Shown: positions 45,173 through 55,418, counted from the stretch's first letter. The stretch: DNA of 64,000 bases from Bacteroidota bacterium (GCA_029262775.1 JAJCYR010000005.1:3183-67182), one strand, 5' to 3'. The notes: a model not told the origin generated them from the letters alone. Translations and numbers: made by a program.

Positions 45173-45263
45173 GCCCGGCTCCCGGTCCGGCTGGAAGGGA
45201 ATGGAAAACAGGTTGCCGTGCCGGACATCCGCGACGGCCCTCGAATCGGTCTGGGGCTGGGCG

Positions 45264-45698
45264 TCAGTCGTCTTTGGGCGGATCTTCCTCGTCCTCGCCG
45301 TCCCCGTCATCATTCTCGGTATCCTCGTCGTTGGCGACGGCGTCGAGCACGTCGGCCAGGTCCTCGCTGTCGGCCGTGGTATCGTCATCATCGTCATCGT
45401 CGTCATCGACCCGGCCCTTGGGGGCCACACGCGCCGGATCGGCGTCGGGCGCCAGAATGTAACGTGCGCCGAGCGGATGCCGCCCATCGGTGACGACCAG
45501 TCCCTGCTCTATGAGCCGCTTGGCGGTAATAATGGGACACGGGTCATAGCCCTTGCCAGGCATGAAGAAATTGGCGCTTTTGCGCGCAGTCGATACAATG
45601 AGCACATATCCCTTTGACATTTTCGCATGGGCATGAAGGGCCCATTTTTCGCGCGATACGGAAGGGGCTGCCCGTGAATCAAGGTAGTCTTCTGACAT
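45264..45698 (-). CDS. Hypothetical protein with polyaspartate/acidic C-terminal tail
   Basis: Starts 10 nt after the aguA stop. Globular N-half, then DDDDDDDDDTTADSEDLADVLDAVANDEDTENDDGDGEDEEDPPKDD. Confidence 0.5.
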   Translation of the reverse strand: MSEDYLDSRAAPSVSREKWALHAHAKMSKGYVLIVSTARKSANFFMPGKGYDPCPIITAKRLIEQGLVVTDGRHPLGARYILAPDADPARVAPKGRVDDDDDDDDDTTADSEDLADVLDAVANDEDTENDDGDGEDEEDPPKDD

Positions 45699-45708
45699 AG
45701 GCCCTTAC

Positions 45709-46725
45709 TTAACGTGGTATTTGTTGGGAGAGGCAGTGCACTGCGCCCAGTCCCCTGATAACTTCCGTGCAGGAGATGGGCGCAATTTCCCTGTCGGGGA
45801 AGAGATACGCAAGCAATTCCTGCATGATGTCATCTTTCTCGCCGCCATAGGCTGGCATGAGAACATGGCTGTTGCCGATGTAGAAATTCATATAGCTCGC
45901 CGGCAGTCGCACGCCGCCATGACGGACAGGATCCGGGTGAGGCGCCTGGCGCAGCGAAAAATTCGATGGCAACGAGCGCTTCAGGATGTCCAGGTTTTCG
46001 AGAAACCCGTTCCGGTGTACGTTGTCGTCAGGGGCCAGTGGGTAGACCACCGTCGTCTGGTTCACGAAACGGGCGAGGTTGTCGATATGGCCATCCGTGT
46101 CATCACCCTCAAGTTCACCGCCGAGCCACACAACATGGTTGGCACCGAGCACCCGCTGGAGCAGCACCTCGGCGCGCCGAGCGTCGAGGCCTGGGTTACG
46201 GTTGGGGTTGAGAAGACACGACGCGGTGGTAAGTATGACGCCGTCGCCATTTGTTTCAATGGCGCCGCCCTCGAATGTAATGCCTACGTGTTCGACGGGG
46301 TCGCCGATGTGCGCGGCCATGCGCTGGGCCGCGAGGCGGTCCAGGTCAAACGGAGGGTACTTGCCACCCCAGGCATTGTACTTCCAGTTCACGGCGAGTC
46401 GGCGTCCGGAGGCGTCGAGAACCCAGGTAGCGCCGTGATCGCGGCACCAGGCATCGTTGGTCGGCAGGACGACGTATTCTACGCTCGACAACGATCCCAC
46501 GAGGCCCTCCACGTGGCGTGCGTGATCGGGACTCAACACATTGAGGAAAACACGCTCGCCTACTGCGAGCAGCCGCACACATGCTGCGAGCACCTGCTCC
46601 GTCACTTCGAGCCCGTCCGGCCAGGTGTCCAGATTGTGTGGCCAGGAAAACCAGGTGCCCGCGTGGGGTTCCCACTCGGCGGGCATACGCCGGGCGGGGG
46701 GCGAAGTGGCCACATCGCGCATCAT
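45709..46725 (-). CDS. aguA: Agmatine deiminase
   Basis: MPAEWEPH, DAWCRDHG and catalytic GAVHCLSQQ. ATGA overlap with aguB. Confidence 0.88.
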   Translation of the reverse strand: MMRDVATSPPARRMPAEWEPHAGTWFSWPHNLDTWPDGLEVTEQVLAACVRLLAVGERVFLNVLSPDHARHVEGLVGSLSSVEYVVLPTNDAWCRDHGATWVLDASGRRLAVNWKYNAWGGKYPPFDLDRLAAQRMAAHIGDPVEHVGITFEGGAIETNGDGVILTTASCLLNPNRNPGLDARRAEVLLQRVLGANHVVWLGGELEGDDTDGHIDNLARFVNQTTVVYPLAPDDNVHRNGFLENLDILKRSLPSNFSLRQAPHPDPVRHGGVRLPASYMNFYIGNSHVLMPAYGGEKDDIMQELLAYLFPDREIAPISCTEVIRGLGAVHCLSQQIPR

Positions 46726-47648
46726 GGCTCGCCCTGGTCCACGAATCGGCGGGTGAGCGCTCCGTACGCATCGATACGACGATCGCGGAAAAAAGGCCAT
46801 CCGTGGCGCTGTTCGGCAATATCTGCGACGTTCACGACCACAACGAGTACAGCCGCTTCGTCCACGGGGGCTTTCGATCGGATAACGCCGTCCGGCCCGG
46901 CCAAAAACGACTGGCCCCAGAACTCGATACCACTGGGGTGCGCACCGCCCTGCTCCGTCGGCTCAAATCCGAACCGGTTCACGGCGGCCACGAAGCAGCC
47001 GTTCGCAACAGCGTGCGAGCGCTGCATGGTCTCCCAGGCAGCATGCTGCGCCTTGCCATGGCTTTCTTTTTCGTACGGATGCCACCCGATGGCGGTCGGA
47101 TACACCAGCAGATCGGCACCCATCAGGGCCGTCAAACGAGCCGCTTCCGGATACCACTGATCCCAGCATATGAGTACGCCGACGCGCAGATCGGCCGTTT
47201 CGAACACCTTGAAGCCCAGGTCGCCCGGCGCGAAGTAGAATTTTTCGGAGTAGAGCGGATCGTCCGGAATGTGCATTTTCCGATATTTGCCCAGGTAGCC
47301 CCGATCGGGATCGATCACGGCCGCCGTGTTGTGGTAGAGTCCGGGGGCGCGCTTTTCGAAGAGGCTCGCCACAATACTCACCCCAAGCCGTTTCGAGACG
47401 CCCTCCAGTTCCAGCGTTGCGGGCCCCGGCACCGGTTCAGCCAGTGAAAATAGCGCTGCATCTTCCTTCTGGCAGAAGTAGGGGGAGAGGAAGAGTTCCG
47501 GAAGGATGACGAGCCGGGCCTGCCGCGCGGCGGCTTCTTCGATGGCGGTAACGGCGCGTTGCATGCTCTCGTCGCGTGACGAACTGGGCGCCATCTGGGC
47601 AAGCGCAACGCGAACGCCGGAACCGGTCATGTCAGCGGGGCGGATCAT
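46722..47648 (-). CDS. aguB: N-carbamoylputrescine amidase
   Basis: Nitrilase-superfamily Glu-Lys-Cys triad: LPELF, YRKMHIP, LICWDQWYPE. Confidence 0.88.
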   Translation of the reverse strand: MIRPADMTGSGVRVALAQMAPSSSRDESMQRAVTAIEEAAARQARLVILPELFLSPYFCQKEDAALFSLAEPVPGPATLELEGVSKRLGVSIVASLFEKRAPGLYHNTAAVIDPDRGYLGKYRKMHIPDDPLYSEKFYFAPGDLGFKVFETADLRVGVLICWDQWYPEAARLTALMGADLLVYPTAIGWHPYEKESHGKAQHAAWETMQRSHAVANGCFVAAVNRFGFEPTEQGGAHPSGIEFWGQSFLAGPDGVIRSKAPVDEAAVLVVVVNVADIAEQRHGWPFFRDRRIDAYGALTRRFVDQGEP

Positions 47649-49597
47649 GGGTCGTGGCGGGTGTAGTACGTATGCTGGTTGAACACCGCCTTGTACTGCT
47701 CGAGCAGCTCGAATCCACGCTTGGGACGAATGGTTCCATCGTCAATTTTTGTGCGGATGATCTTGTTCATGCGGCTGTGCAGGTCCTGCGGAAAGTACTG
47801 GACGAGCGCCAGCATATCCTGAACCGTTGTGCCCGGAATTATTTTTTCGACATAAAACCCGTCCTCTTCCTGGTCGTCGGCATAGACGTGTGCTTCCGAT
47901 ACGCGACCGAACAGGTTGTGCGTGTCGCCCATGATGTCCTGATAGGCGCCCATGAGGAAAAAGCCCAGGTAATAGGGCTCGTTCGGCCGAAGCGCATGCA
48001 TATCCATGAACCGGCGGTCGTCGTTGGCGGAGACATAACTGCTGACCTTGCCGTCCGAGTCGCAGGTCAGGTCCACGAGCACAGCGCGGCGGTCCGGCTC
48101 TTCGTCGAGCCGTTGTAGCGGTACGATGGGAAAGCGCTGGCCAATGGCCCAGTGATCGAGTGCCGACTGGAAGACGGAGAAATCACAGAGACACTGATCC
48201 ACGAGGTGGGTGTCGAGGGCTTCAAGTTCGGGCGGGAGCACTTCCTCCTCATCCATCGCATGCAGCATGCGGTTGACGCGGCGGCAGACCGACCAGTAGA
48301 GTCGCTCGGCGAGCGCCTTTTCCTCGAGCGAGAGGTAGCCAAACCCGAACAACGTGTCTGCCTCCTGCCGCTTGCCGGCGGCATCGTGAAATGCTTCCAG
48401 GAGCTGCGCCAGGTCAAGTTCTGTTTCGGACGTAATCCAGGATAGGGTTTCCGTCAGGTCCAGTACGACCTGGTGGGCATCGTCCTGCGGCGCGAAGTCG
48501 GGCTCGACTTCGTCTTTGCGGTACATGCCGAGCGTATTCACAACGAGCACGCTGTGATGGGCCGTCAAGGCGCGACCGCTTTCGGATATGATCACTGGAT
48601 GCGGCGCATTGTGCATATCGCAGACCTCTTTGATGGTCTGAACGACGGCATTGGCATACTCCTGTAGCGAATAGTTGATACCATCGTCATCACTGGCATA
48701 GGATGCACCGTAATTCACGCCCAGGCCCCCACCCACATCCAGATACTCCACGGGGCAGCCCCGATCCCGAAGCTGGACATACACCTGCGTGATTTCCTTG
48801 ACGGCTTTCTTGAGCGATCGGATATCCGAAATCTGGCTGCCCAGGTGGAAATGCAGCAGTTTGAACGCATCCATCCGGTCCCATTCCTTGAGCTGGTCCA
48901 TAAGGCGGACGAGCTCAGGTATGGAGATGCCAAATTTGGACAGATCTCCACCCGAGTCGGCCCACTTGCCCGCACCGGCGGTCGTGAGCCGCACGCGTAC
49001 GCCGAACTGCGTGTCGATGTGGCGCTGCCTGGAGGCTGCCATGAGGGCCAGAAACTCATCGTATTTCTCCATCACCGGGATCACATTCTTGCCCAGAAGC
49101 TGACCAGTGAGAATGAGATCGACCGAGGTCTGATCCTTGTATCCATTGCAGATGAGCAGCGTATCGTCACGCTCCAGGTGCGGCAGCGCTGCAATGAGCT
49201 CGGCCTTTGAACCACACTCAAGACCCATCCCGTAGGGCCTGCCGGCGTCGAGTACTTCCTCCACGACCTCGTGGAGCTGATTCACCTTGATCGGATAGAC
49301 CCCGTTGTACGTGTTTTCGTAGGAAAGCTCGGTAATGGCATCCCGGAAGGCCTCATTGAGCTGGACCACCCGCCCATGCAGAACATCCTGGAAGCGAATC
49401 AGGATGGGAAAGGTCACACCGCGTTCGACAAGGGTGTCCACGACGCGGCGGATGTCCATGGTGGCCTCCCGTGTGGTCACCGCTACATGTCCGTTGTCGC
49501 CAACGGTGAAATAGCCGTCACCCCAGGTGCTCATGAGGTACTGGACCTCGGAATCGTACGGAGTCCAGCGTGTGCTGGTCGTTGTATTATGGGTCAC
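47645..49597 (-). CDS. speA: Biosynthetic arginine decarboxylase
   Basis: Full-length SpeA pattern (YPIKVNQ PLP-Lys region, HFHLGSQ, GGGLGVNY). ATGA overlap with aguB. Confidence 0.92.
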   Translation of the reverse strand: MTHNTTTSTRWTPYDSEVQYLMSTWGDGYFTVGDNGHVAVTTREATMDIRRVVDTLVERGVTFPILIRFQDVLHGRVVQLNEAFRDAITELSYENTYNGVYPIKVNQLHEVVEEVLDAGRPYGMGLECGSKAELIAALPHLERDDTLLICNGYKDQTSVDLILTGQLLGKNVIPVMEKYDEFLALMAASRQRHIDTQFGVRVRLTTAGAGKWADSGGDLSKFGISIPELVRLMDQLKEWDRMDAFKLLHFHLGSQISDIRSLKKAVKEITQVYVQLRDRGCPVEYLDVGGGLGVNYGASYASDDDGINYSLQEYANAVVQTIKEVCDMHNAPHPVIISESGRALTAHHSVLVVNTLGMYRKDEVEPDFAPQDDAHQVVLDLTETLSWITSETELDLAQLLEAFHDAAGKRQEADTLFGFGYLSLEEKALAERLYWSVCRRVNRMLHAMDEEEVLPPELEALDTHLVDQCLCDFSVFQSALDHWAIGQRFPIVPLQRLDEEPDRRAVLVDLTCDSDGKVSSYVSANDDRRFMDMHALRPNEPYYLGFFLMGAYQDIMGDTHNLFGRVSEAHVYADDQEEDGFYVEKIIPGTTVQDMLALVQYFPQDLHSRMNKIIRTKIDDGTIRPKRGFELLEQYKAVFNQHTYYTRHDP

Positions 49598-49608
49598 GTC
49601 GGGGAAGG

Positions 49609-50586
49609 TCAGTTGGCAGCAAGGCGCTCCAATACGTACGTAAACAGGAGCGGTGCCACAATGGTCGCATCGGACTCAATGACGTAGGACGGGGTGCCTG
49701 CAGCAAGCTTGCCCCAGGTTATTTTTTCGTTCGGGACAGCGCCGGAATACGAGCCGTAGCTGGTTGTGGAGTCACTGATCTGGCAGAAATAGGCCCAGAG
49801 CGGCGTGTTCTCCTGCAGCAGATCCTGCTCCAGCATGGGCACCACGCAGATCGGGAAGTCGCCCGCAATGCCGCCACCGATCTGGAAAAACCCGATACCC
49901 GCGTCGCACGACGTGCGCTGGTACCAATCCGCGAGCCATGTCATGTACTCTATACCCGAGCGAACGGAGTGCACGTTTTTGATATCGCCCTTGATAACGT
50001 GGCTGGCGAAGATGTTGCCCAGCGTTGAGTCTTCCCAGCCGGGTACGATGATGGGAAGATCCCGCTCGGCGGCGGCCAGCAGCCAACTGTCGCGAGGGTC
50101 AATCTGGTAATGGGGTTCCAGTTCACCGCTGAGCAGGATGTCGTACATGAACTGGTGCGGAAACCGTGGAGAACCGCTATGATCGGCACGCTTCCAATGT
50201 TCGAGCACCACGTCCTCAATACGCCGGATGGCTTCTTCTTCAGGAATGCACGTATCGGTGACGCGGTTCAGGTGACGCCGCAAAAGCCCTTCTTCGTCGG
50301 CCCGCGTCAAATCACGGTACCGCGGTATGCGCTCGTAGTGGTCGTGCGCAACGAGGTTGAAGACATCTTCTTCGAGGTTGGCGCCCGTGCACGTGATGGC
50401 ATGAACGTGCCCCTGCCGGATAAGCTCTGCCAGCGAGAGGCCGAGCTCGGCCGTACTCATGGCTCCCGCCAGGGTCACCATCATGCGGCCACCGCCGCGG
50501 ATGTGATCCACATATCCGCGCGCGGCATCGACGAGAGCAGCGGCATTGAAATGTCTGAAGTGATGGTCGAGGAAATCAGCTATCAC
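49609..50586 (-). CDS. Deoxyhypusine synthase-like protein (probable homospermidine synthase type)
   Basis: DHS-family pattern (TLAGAMSTAELG, TCTGANLEEDV, IGGGIAGDF). GTG start. Confidence 0.85.
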   Translation of the reverse strand: MIADFLDHHFRHFNAAALVDAARGYVDHIRGGGRMMVTLAGAMSTAELGLSLAELIRQGHVHAITCTGANLEEDVFNLVAHDHYERIPRYRDLTRADEEGLLRRHLNRVTDTCIPEEEAIRRIEDVVLEHWKRADHSGSPRFPHQFMYDILLSGELEPHYQIDPRDSWLLAAAERDLPIIVPGWEDSTLGNIFASHVIKGDIKNVHSVRSGIEYMTWLADWYQRTSCDAGIGFFQIGGGIAGDFPICVVPMLEQDLLQENTPLWAYFCQISDSTTSYGSYSGAVPNEKITWGKLAAGTPSYVIESDATIVAPLLFTYVLERLAAN

Positions 50587-50592
50587 GAGAGG

Positions 50593-50817
50593 CTACCACT
50601 CCTCGTCGTCTTCTTCCCAGTCGTCTTCTTCATCCCACTCGTCATCTTCATCCTCATCGTCATCCAGAATATACTCATCGTCATCTTCCTCGTCATCGTC
50701 TTCCCAGTCTTCTTCCCAGTCGTCATCGGACGCCTGCAGGGCCAGGACATTGTCGTGACGGCGATCTACCTCGAGGAGGTCTTCCTGGAGGAGGCTGGTA
50801 TGGAGTGTCATTTCCAT
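50593..50817 (-). CDS. 74-aa hyper-acidic Asp/Glu/Trp-rich protein
   Basis: Ends 6 nt before the DHS-like start on the same strand. The C-terminal 45 residues are almost entirely D/E, with W at regular intervals and a terminal W. Confidence 0.45.
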   Translation of the reverse strand: MEMTLHTSLLQEDLLEVDRRHDNVLALQASDDDWEEDWEDDDEEDDDEYILDDDEDEDDEWDEEDDWEEDDEEW

Positions 50818-51153
50818 GGCTGTTCGGGGTTGTGTGCTGTTCGGCTGTTTGCGTGCAGCAAAGACAACGGAAAGTACGACAATACCCAGCGTCTCCGTTT
50901 ATGAATTTTTTTGACTCCGGGTATTGGGTAGCCCATCATGCGGCCTCGCACTGCGAAGGGACGCGCGACTTGAATTGCTGCGCGGCGACGGCATAGCCCC
51001 ACCCTGCGCTCCGTCCACGAAATGTACCTGAGAAACTGTTCCATGGTGTATTATGGGTCGCGATGCGTTGGTGGACCCAATGGCGGGTTTGTTTCGGCCG
51101 TCATCTGGATTACTCTTCCAGCAGGTCTTTATTTCTTCCAAACGGTACTTCCT

Positions 51154-53244
51154 ATGCTGCCACTCGCAGTCAATGTGGCCTTCCTCTTCGAAATCGTCGT
51201 GCTCTTCGTGGCGGCTGTGGTTATGGCCTATCTGTGCTATCGGATTGGTCTCGTGCCCATTGCCGCCTTTCTCATTACCGGGGTCATCATTGGCCCGACG
51301 GCGCTTGGATTGGTCTCTGATCAGGAAATGGTCGATGTACTGGCCGAGATAGGCGTCATCCTGCTGCTCTTCACGATCGGGCTGGAGTTCAGCCTTGAAA
51401 AGCTCTCGCGCCTGGCGCGGGCCATATTTGTCGCCGGTACGCTGCAGGGCGCATCGGTCATTCTGATTGTGACGGGCGTTGCCGTGGCCTTCGGAACGGA
51501 ACTGAACGCGGGTATCTATACCGGATTCCTGATCGCACTCAGCTCAACTGCCATCGTACTTGGACTCCTTACCGACCGAAAGGAAACCGATACGCCCCAG
51601 GGCCGGCTGTCCCTTTCCATCCTGATTTTCCAGGACTTCTCGATTGTGGGCATGGTGCTACTCGTGCCGCTGCTCTCCGGGGAAGGAGGGTCCACGCTCG
51701 AGCTCCTGTGGATCCTTGTTCGGGCCATACTGATTATTGTGGTAATCCTGGTGCTGGCCCGCAGGATAGTGCCCTGGATACTCGAAAAGGTGGTCCACAC
51801 GGGACGTCAGGAGCTTTTTCTGCTCACAGTGGTGACCATCTGCCTCGGTACGGCAGCCCTGGTGAGCCTGTTCGGGGTGAGCCTTGCGCTCGGGGCTTTC
51901 ATGGCGGGACTCGTGGTCAGCGAGAGCCACTACAGCGAGCAGGCGCTGAGCGAAATCCTGCCACTGCGCACCATTTTCAACGTGGTCTTCTTCGTCTCGG
52001 TAGGCATGCTGCTCGACGTTTCGTTTCTGCTTGACAACATCGGAGTCGTGCTGCTCGTTGGGCTGTCCATTCTGGTACTCAAAACCATCACGACCTCGGC
52101 GAGTGTGCTGGCGCTCGGCTATCCTCTACGGATTGCGGCAGCTGTCGGCTTTGGGCTTGCACAGATCGGTGAGTTCTCGTTCGTTTTGGAGCGGGCAGGC
52201 CGAACGGCAGGCCTCTCGCCGGCGGGCATGGGCGATGCCGGAACGCAGATTTTCATTGCAGCCACGGTGCTTCTCATGCTGGTCACCCCTTTCCAGCTCC
52301 AAGGGTCGGTACGGTTCGGTGAATTCGTGGCGCGTCTGATGTCGGGACGGGGAGCGGTGAATCGGTCGGATGGGGGTCCGTTGCCGGACACGCTGACCAG
52401 CGGTCCGCTCGTCCCTGAAACGAGGACTCTGTCGCCCGCGGACGTCGAGACGCCTCATCTGGAAGATCATGCGGTAATTGTCGGCTATGGACAGGCCGGA
52501 CGTCGCCTCGTCCAGGTGCTTCAGAACAGAGGCATTCCGTTTATCGTCATCGAAATGAATCCGAATGCGGTCCAGGAGATGCGCAGCAAGGCGATACCGG
52601 CGCTGTACGGTGATGCATCCCGGGCTCATATCCTGGAGTCAGCTGGCATTCACGAAGCTAAAATGTGCGTCCTCGTTATCAATGATCCGACCATTACGCC
52701 GCGTATTACCCAACAGGCACGCTATTTGAATCCGACACTCCAGATCGTGGTCCGGACCCGGTATCTGATAGATATGGAGCGCCTGCAGCGCGTAGGTGCG
52801 GACATCGTCGTACCTGAAGAGATGGAGACCACCGTCCGCATTTTTTCTCATGTGCTTGGAGCCTACATGATTCCGCCGGACGAAATCGACAGGCAGGTCA
52901 AGCTTCTGCGCAAGGAAGACTACGGAATTGTTCGTGGAAGTATCCAGGAAGCGCATCTGATGGTACTCGAGGGACTTGATGAGGACGGACTGCATACGCG
53001 CGCCGTGGCTGTTCGCGAAGGGGCACCTGCCGCGGGTTGCACGCTCGGAGAGTTGGAATTGCGTCGCAAATACGGACTCACGGTACTGGCGGTGCGCCGC
53101 GAGGGCAAAACGACGGCATCACCGTCGGGCGAGTTCAGGCTGCACGCGGGCGATCGTCTCGTCATGGTGGGCTCGGCCGATCGTTTCGCGCACTGTGCCG
53201 ATATTTTTCGTGTACCGGAGACGGCGCATCAATCGAAGGCGTAG
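51154..53244 (+). CDS. CPA2-family cation:proton antiporter with TrkA-N/TrkA-C (KefB/KefC-like)
   Basis: Na_H exchanger TM core (EIGVILLLFTIGLEFS), Rossmann motif VIVGYGQAGRRL and a C-terminal RCK_C domain. ATG at 51154. Confidence 0.85.
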   Translation: MLPLAVNVAFLFEIVVLFVAAVVMAYLCYRIGLVPIAAFLITGVIIGPTALGLVSDQEMVDVLAEIGVILLLFTIGLEFSLEKLSRLARAIFVAGTLQGASVILIVTGVAVAFGTELNAGIYTGFLIALSSTAIVLGLLTDRKETDTPQGRLSLSILIFQDFSIVGMVLLVPLLSGEGGSTLELLWILVRAILIIVVILVLARRIVPWILEKVVHTGRQELFLLTVVTICLGTAALVSLFGVSLALGAFMAGLVVSESHYSEQALSEILPLRTIFNVVFFVSVGMLLDVSFLLDNIGVVLLVGLSILVLKTITTSASVLALGYPLRIAAAVGFGLAQIGEFSFVLERAGRTAGLSPAGMGDAGTQIFIAATVLLMLVTPFQLQGSVRFGEFVARLMSGRGAVNRSDGGPLPDTLTSGPLVPETRTLSPADVETPHLEDHAVIVGYGQAGRRLVQVLQNRGIPFIVIEMNPNAVQEMRSKAIPALYGDASRAHILESAGIHEAKMCVLVINDPTITPRITQQARYLNPTLQIVVRTRYLIDMERLQRVGADIVVPEEMETTVRIFSHVLGAYMIPPDEIDRQVKLLRKEDYGIVRGSIQEAHLMVLEGLDEDGLHTRAVAVREGAPAAGCTLGELELRRKYGLTVLAVRREGKTTASPSGEFRLHAGDRLVMVGSADRFAHCADIFRVPETAHQSKA

Positions 53245-54494
53245 AACGGGACATGCCCAAGCGGCATGTCAGCGCTCCACTCCACGAAGCCGTCTGCGCC
53301 GGTGAGGGCCAGAAGATCGCCCGATCCGTTCATGGGCACGCGTGTGGCCACGCCGTTCGCGTTCATCCGTACAGGAACGAACTGTGTCCAGCCTATTTTT
53401 GCGGCCGGAAGGTCGTGACACGCCACATGATGGCGACAGGAGCGGAACGTTCTCCCGGTGGCGGCAACGCCCGCAGCACGTCCCACTTCAAAAGCAGACA
53501 GAAAGGGCAGCACATACCGGTACAGGCAGACGAGCGCCGACACGGGGTTTCCTGGCAGTCCGAATACGAATGCCCCGTCCTTGGCTGCGCCAAACCAGAG
53601 CGGCTTGCCGGGGCGCTGTCTGATTTTGTGGAATACCTCCCGAACCCCACACGATGCCAGTACGCCGGGAACAAGGTCAAACCGGCCGGCCGAGACGCCG
53701 CCCGTGAGGATGATCACATCAGCGCTGCCGAGGCCGGACAAGACCGCGGTTCGGATCGGCACCTCATTGTCTGGAACGTGCACAACATGGTCAGGGGCAT
53801 ATCCGTGGCCGCCCAGCGCAGCAGCCAGAGCAGGGCCATTGGACTGCCTGATCTGGTGGTCTTTTACGCGCGATGCGACGGGGACCGTTTCATTGCCCGT
53901 CGTGATGATATGAACCCTCGGAAGCGCAGCGACCTGCACCTTCGCACAACCGACCGATGCCAGCGCGGCTACTTCCGGCGCGCGGATGCATTGGCCTGCT
54001 CTGAGCAGGATGTCTCCCGCGCGCCGATCGCTGGCGCGGGCGTGGATGTTCCGGCCAGGTGCGACGCGGAGGGCATCTTCGAGATGCCCGTCCGTAATGT
54101 GTGCCCACCCATTTTCCACGCGCAGCCACTCTACGGGCAGCACGGCGTCGCATCCAGCGGGAAGGGAAGCGCCCGTCATGATTTCAATACAGGATTCTGG
54201 TTCGGCGAGCGCGTGACGGGGCTCGCCGGCGGCCTGCGTACTGGCAATGGGCAGCGCATGCTCGCCCCTCGCCAGCCGCTCAGCCAACGCGTCCGAACGC
54301 ACCGCAATTCCGTCCATAGCCACGCGGTCAAACGGCGGAAAATCCCGGTCGGCCACGACCTTCTCTGCCAACACACGGCCCCTGGCGCGGGCAAGTTCGA
54401 CCCATTCCAGCGCGTCTTTGCCAGGTACAACGGCCTGAATATGGCTGAAAAGCTCCTCCGTTATCAGTTGGCTGGCTTCCTGGACGGAAATCAT
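53229..54494 (-). CDS. moeA: Molybdopterin molybdenumtransferase
   Basis: FPPFDRVAMDGIAV, central MoCF-binding domain (IILTGGVSAGRFD) and LPGNPVSA. Confidence 0.88.
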   Translation of the reverse strand: MISVQEASQLITEELFSHIQAVVPGKDALEWVELARARGRVLAEKVVADRDFPPFDRVAMDGIAVRSDALAERLARGEHALPIASTQAAGEPRHALAEPESCIEIMTGASLPAGCDAVLPVEWLRVENGWAHITDGHLEDALRVAPGRNIHARASDRRAGDILLRAGQCIRAPEVAALASVGCAKVQVAALPRVHIITTGNETVPVASRVKDHQIRQSNGPALAAALGGHGYAPDHVVHVPDNEVPIRTAVLSGLGSADVIILTGGVSAGRFDLVPGVLASCGVREVFHKIRQRPGKPLWFGAAKDGAFVFGLPGNPVSALVCLYRYVLPFLSAFEVGRAAGVAATGRTFRSCRHHVACHDLPAAKIGWTQFVPVRMNANGVATRVPMNGSGDLLALTGADGFVEWSADMPLGHVPFYAFD

Positions 54495-54699
54495 GAGTTA
54501 TGCGGGGGGTCTACCATCATCTCAGGCCGTAACGAAACCGGTAGCGGGAGGTTGCCACGCAGGCTCGGGTAGGTTCGACCCTTGGAATTGCTTGAGGCGT
54601 TTGCAAACACGATAAAATTGTCTCACCGGCAGAGCGTCGAGGAGGGGTGCTGTCTCTTCACAAGGAACCGACGGAGTCTCTTTAAGAACCGGCGTTCCG

Positions 54700-55418
54700 A
54701 TGGAGTTGGAGTTGGTCGTGAACAAGGCACTACGGAAGGAGGCAGGGCTCCGCTATCAGTCGGCTGCGGACATGGTTGCCGATCTCGCGGCATTGAAGAC
54801 CACGTCGGGATCCGAAGCGCGGCTTTCGTCGGTATCTCCGTCGGGTACGCACACCACGCCGCCGTCGCCGAAAAAAACGCCGGTCGCTGCGTTGGTCATT
54901 GTTGGATTGGTGGCCCTCCTGCTTGGTGCGGGTCTGTCTTCCGTCTTGCTGCTCACGGAGCCGGCCCGGAAAATCACTTCACTGGCAGAGACACCCGCAT
55001 TTTCCCCGGATTCGCGCTTTTTGGCCTTCGCTTCGGACGGAACGTTGTACCGGGTCTTCAGGGTGACGCTCCGGAGCGCATTACGGACACGATCCGGGAC
55101 ATTGTCGGGCTGCACTGGGCCCAGGATGGGTATCTGTATTACGCGGCTGACTATGCGGACGGTGCTTCCCGCGTAAGGGCTGACGGCGGCGAGGTAGAGG
55201 TCATCACCGTGCCCGATCGGGACGGAGGCGACGTGGGTCACGTATACCCCGAAATGTTGGCCGATGGCAAGACCATGCTGTTCACGGCGTACAGTCGGGA
55301 CGGCTACGAATTGCGGATGATGGATATTGAGTCCAAGAAAACGGTCAAGCTCGGACCGGGCGTTACTCCGCACTTCATTGAACCTGACAGTTATCCCGCC
55401 TGGCGCTGCCTGTGCTGA
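54700..55418 (+). pseudogene. Fragment of a Ser/Thr kinase with TM and TolB-like beta-propeller: 5'-truncated and frameshifted
   Basis: Only the last kinase helix survives (LELVVNKALRKEAGLRYQSAADMVADL), followed by a TM segment and PAFSPDSRFLAFASDG. The frame switches near 55050-55070 to ...LHWAQDGYLYYAADY...MLADGKTMLFTAY. Confidence 0.55.

Noticed and set aside
45721-47160. 479-aa plus-strand ORF
   Set aside because: It is antisense to aguA and aguB, both of which show catalytic motifs. It has no recognisable family and a skewed R/G/H/V composition.
50110-50904. 264-aa plus-strand ORF with a striking hydrophobic VFFPVVFFIPLVIFILIV stretch
   Set aside because: It is the complement reading of the GAT/GAA/GAG-rich acidic ORF and of the DHS-like gene's 5' end. 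It opposes the operon orientation and overlaps a well-supported gene.
53037-54572. 511-aa plus-strand ORF
   Set aside because: It overlaps the end of the antiporter gene out of frame and is antisense to moeA. No motifs are present.
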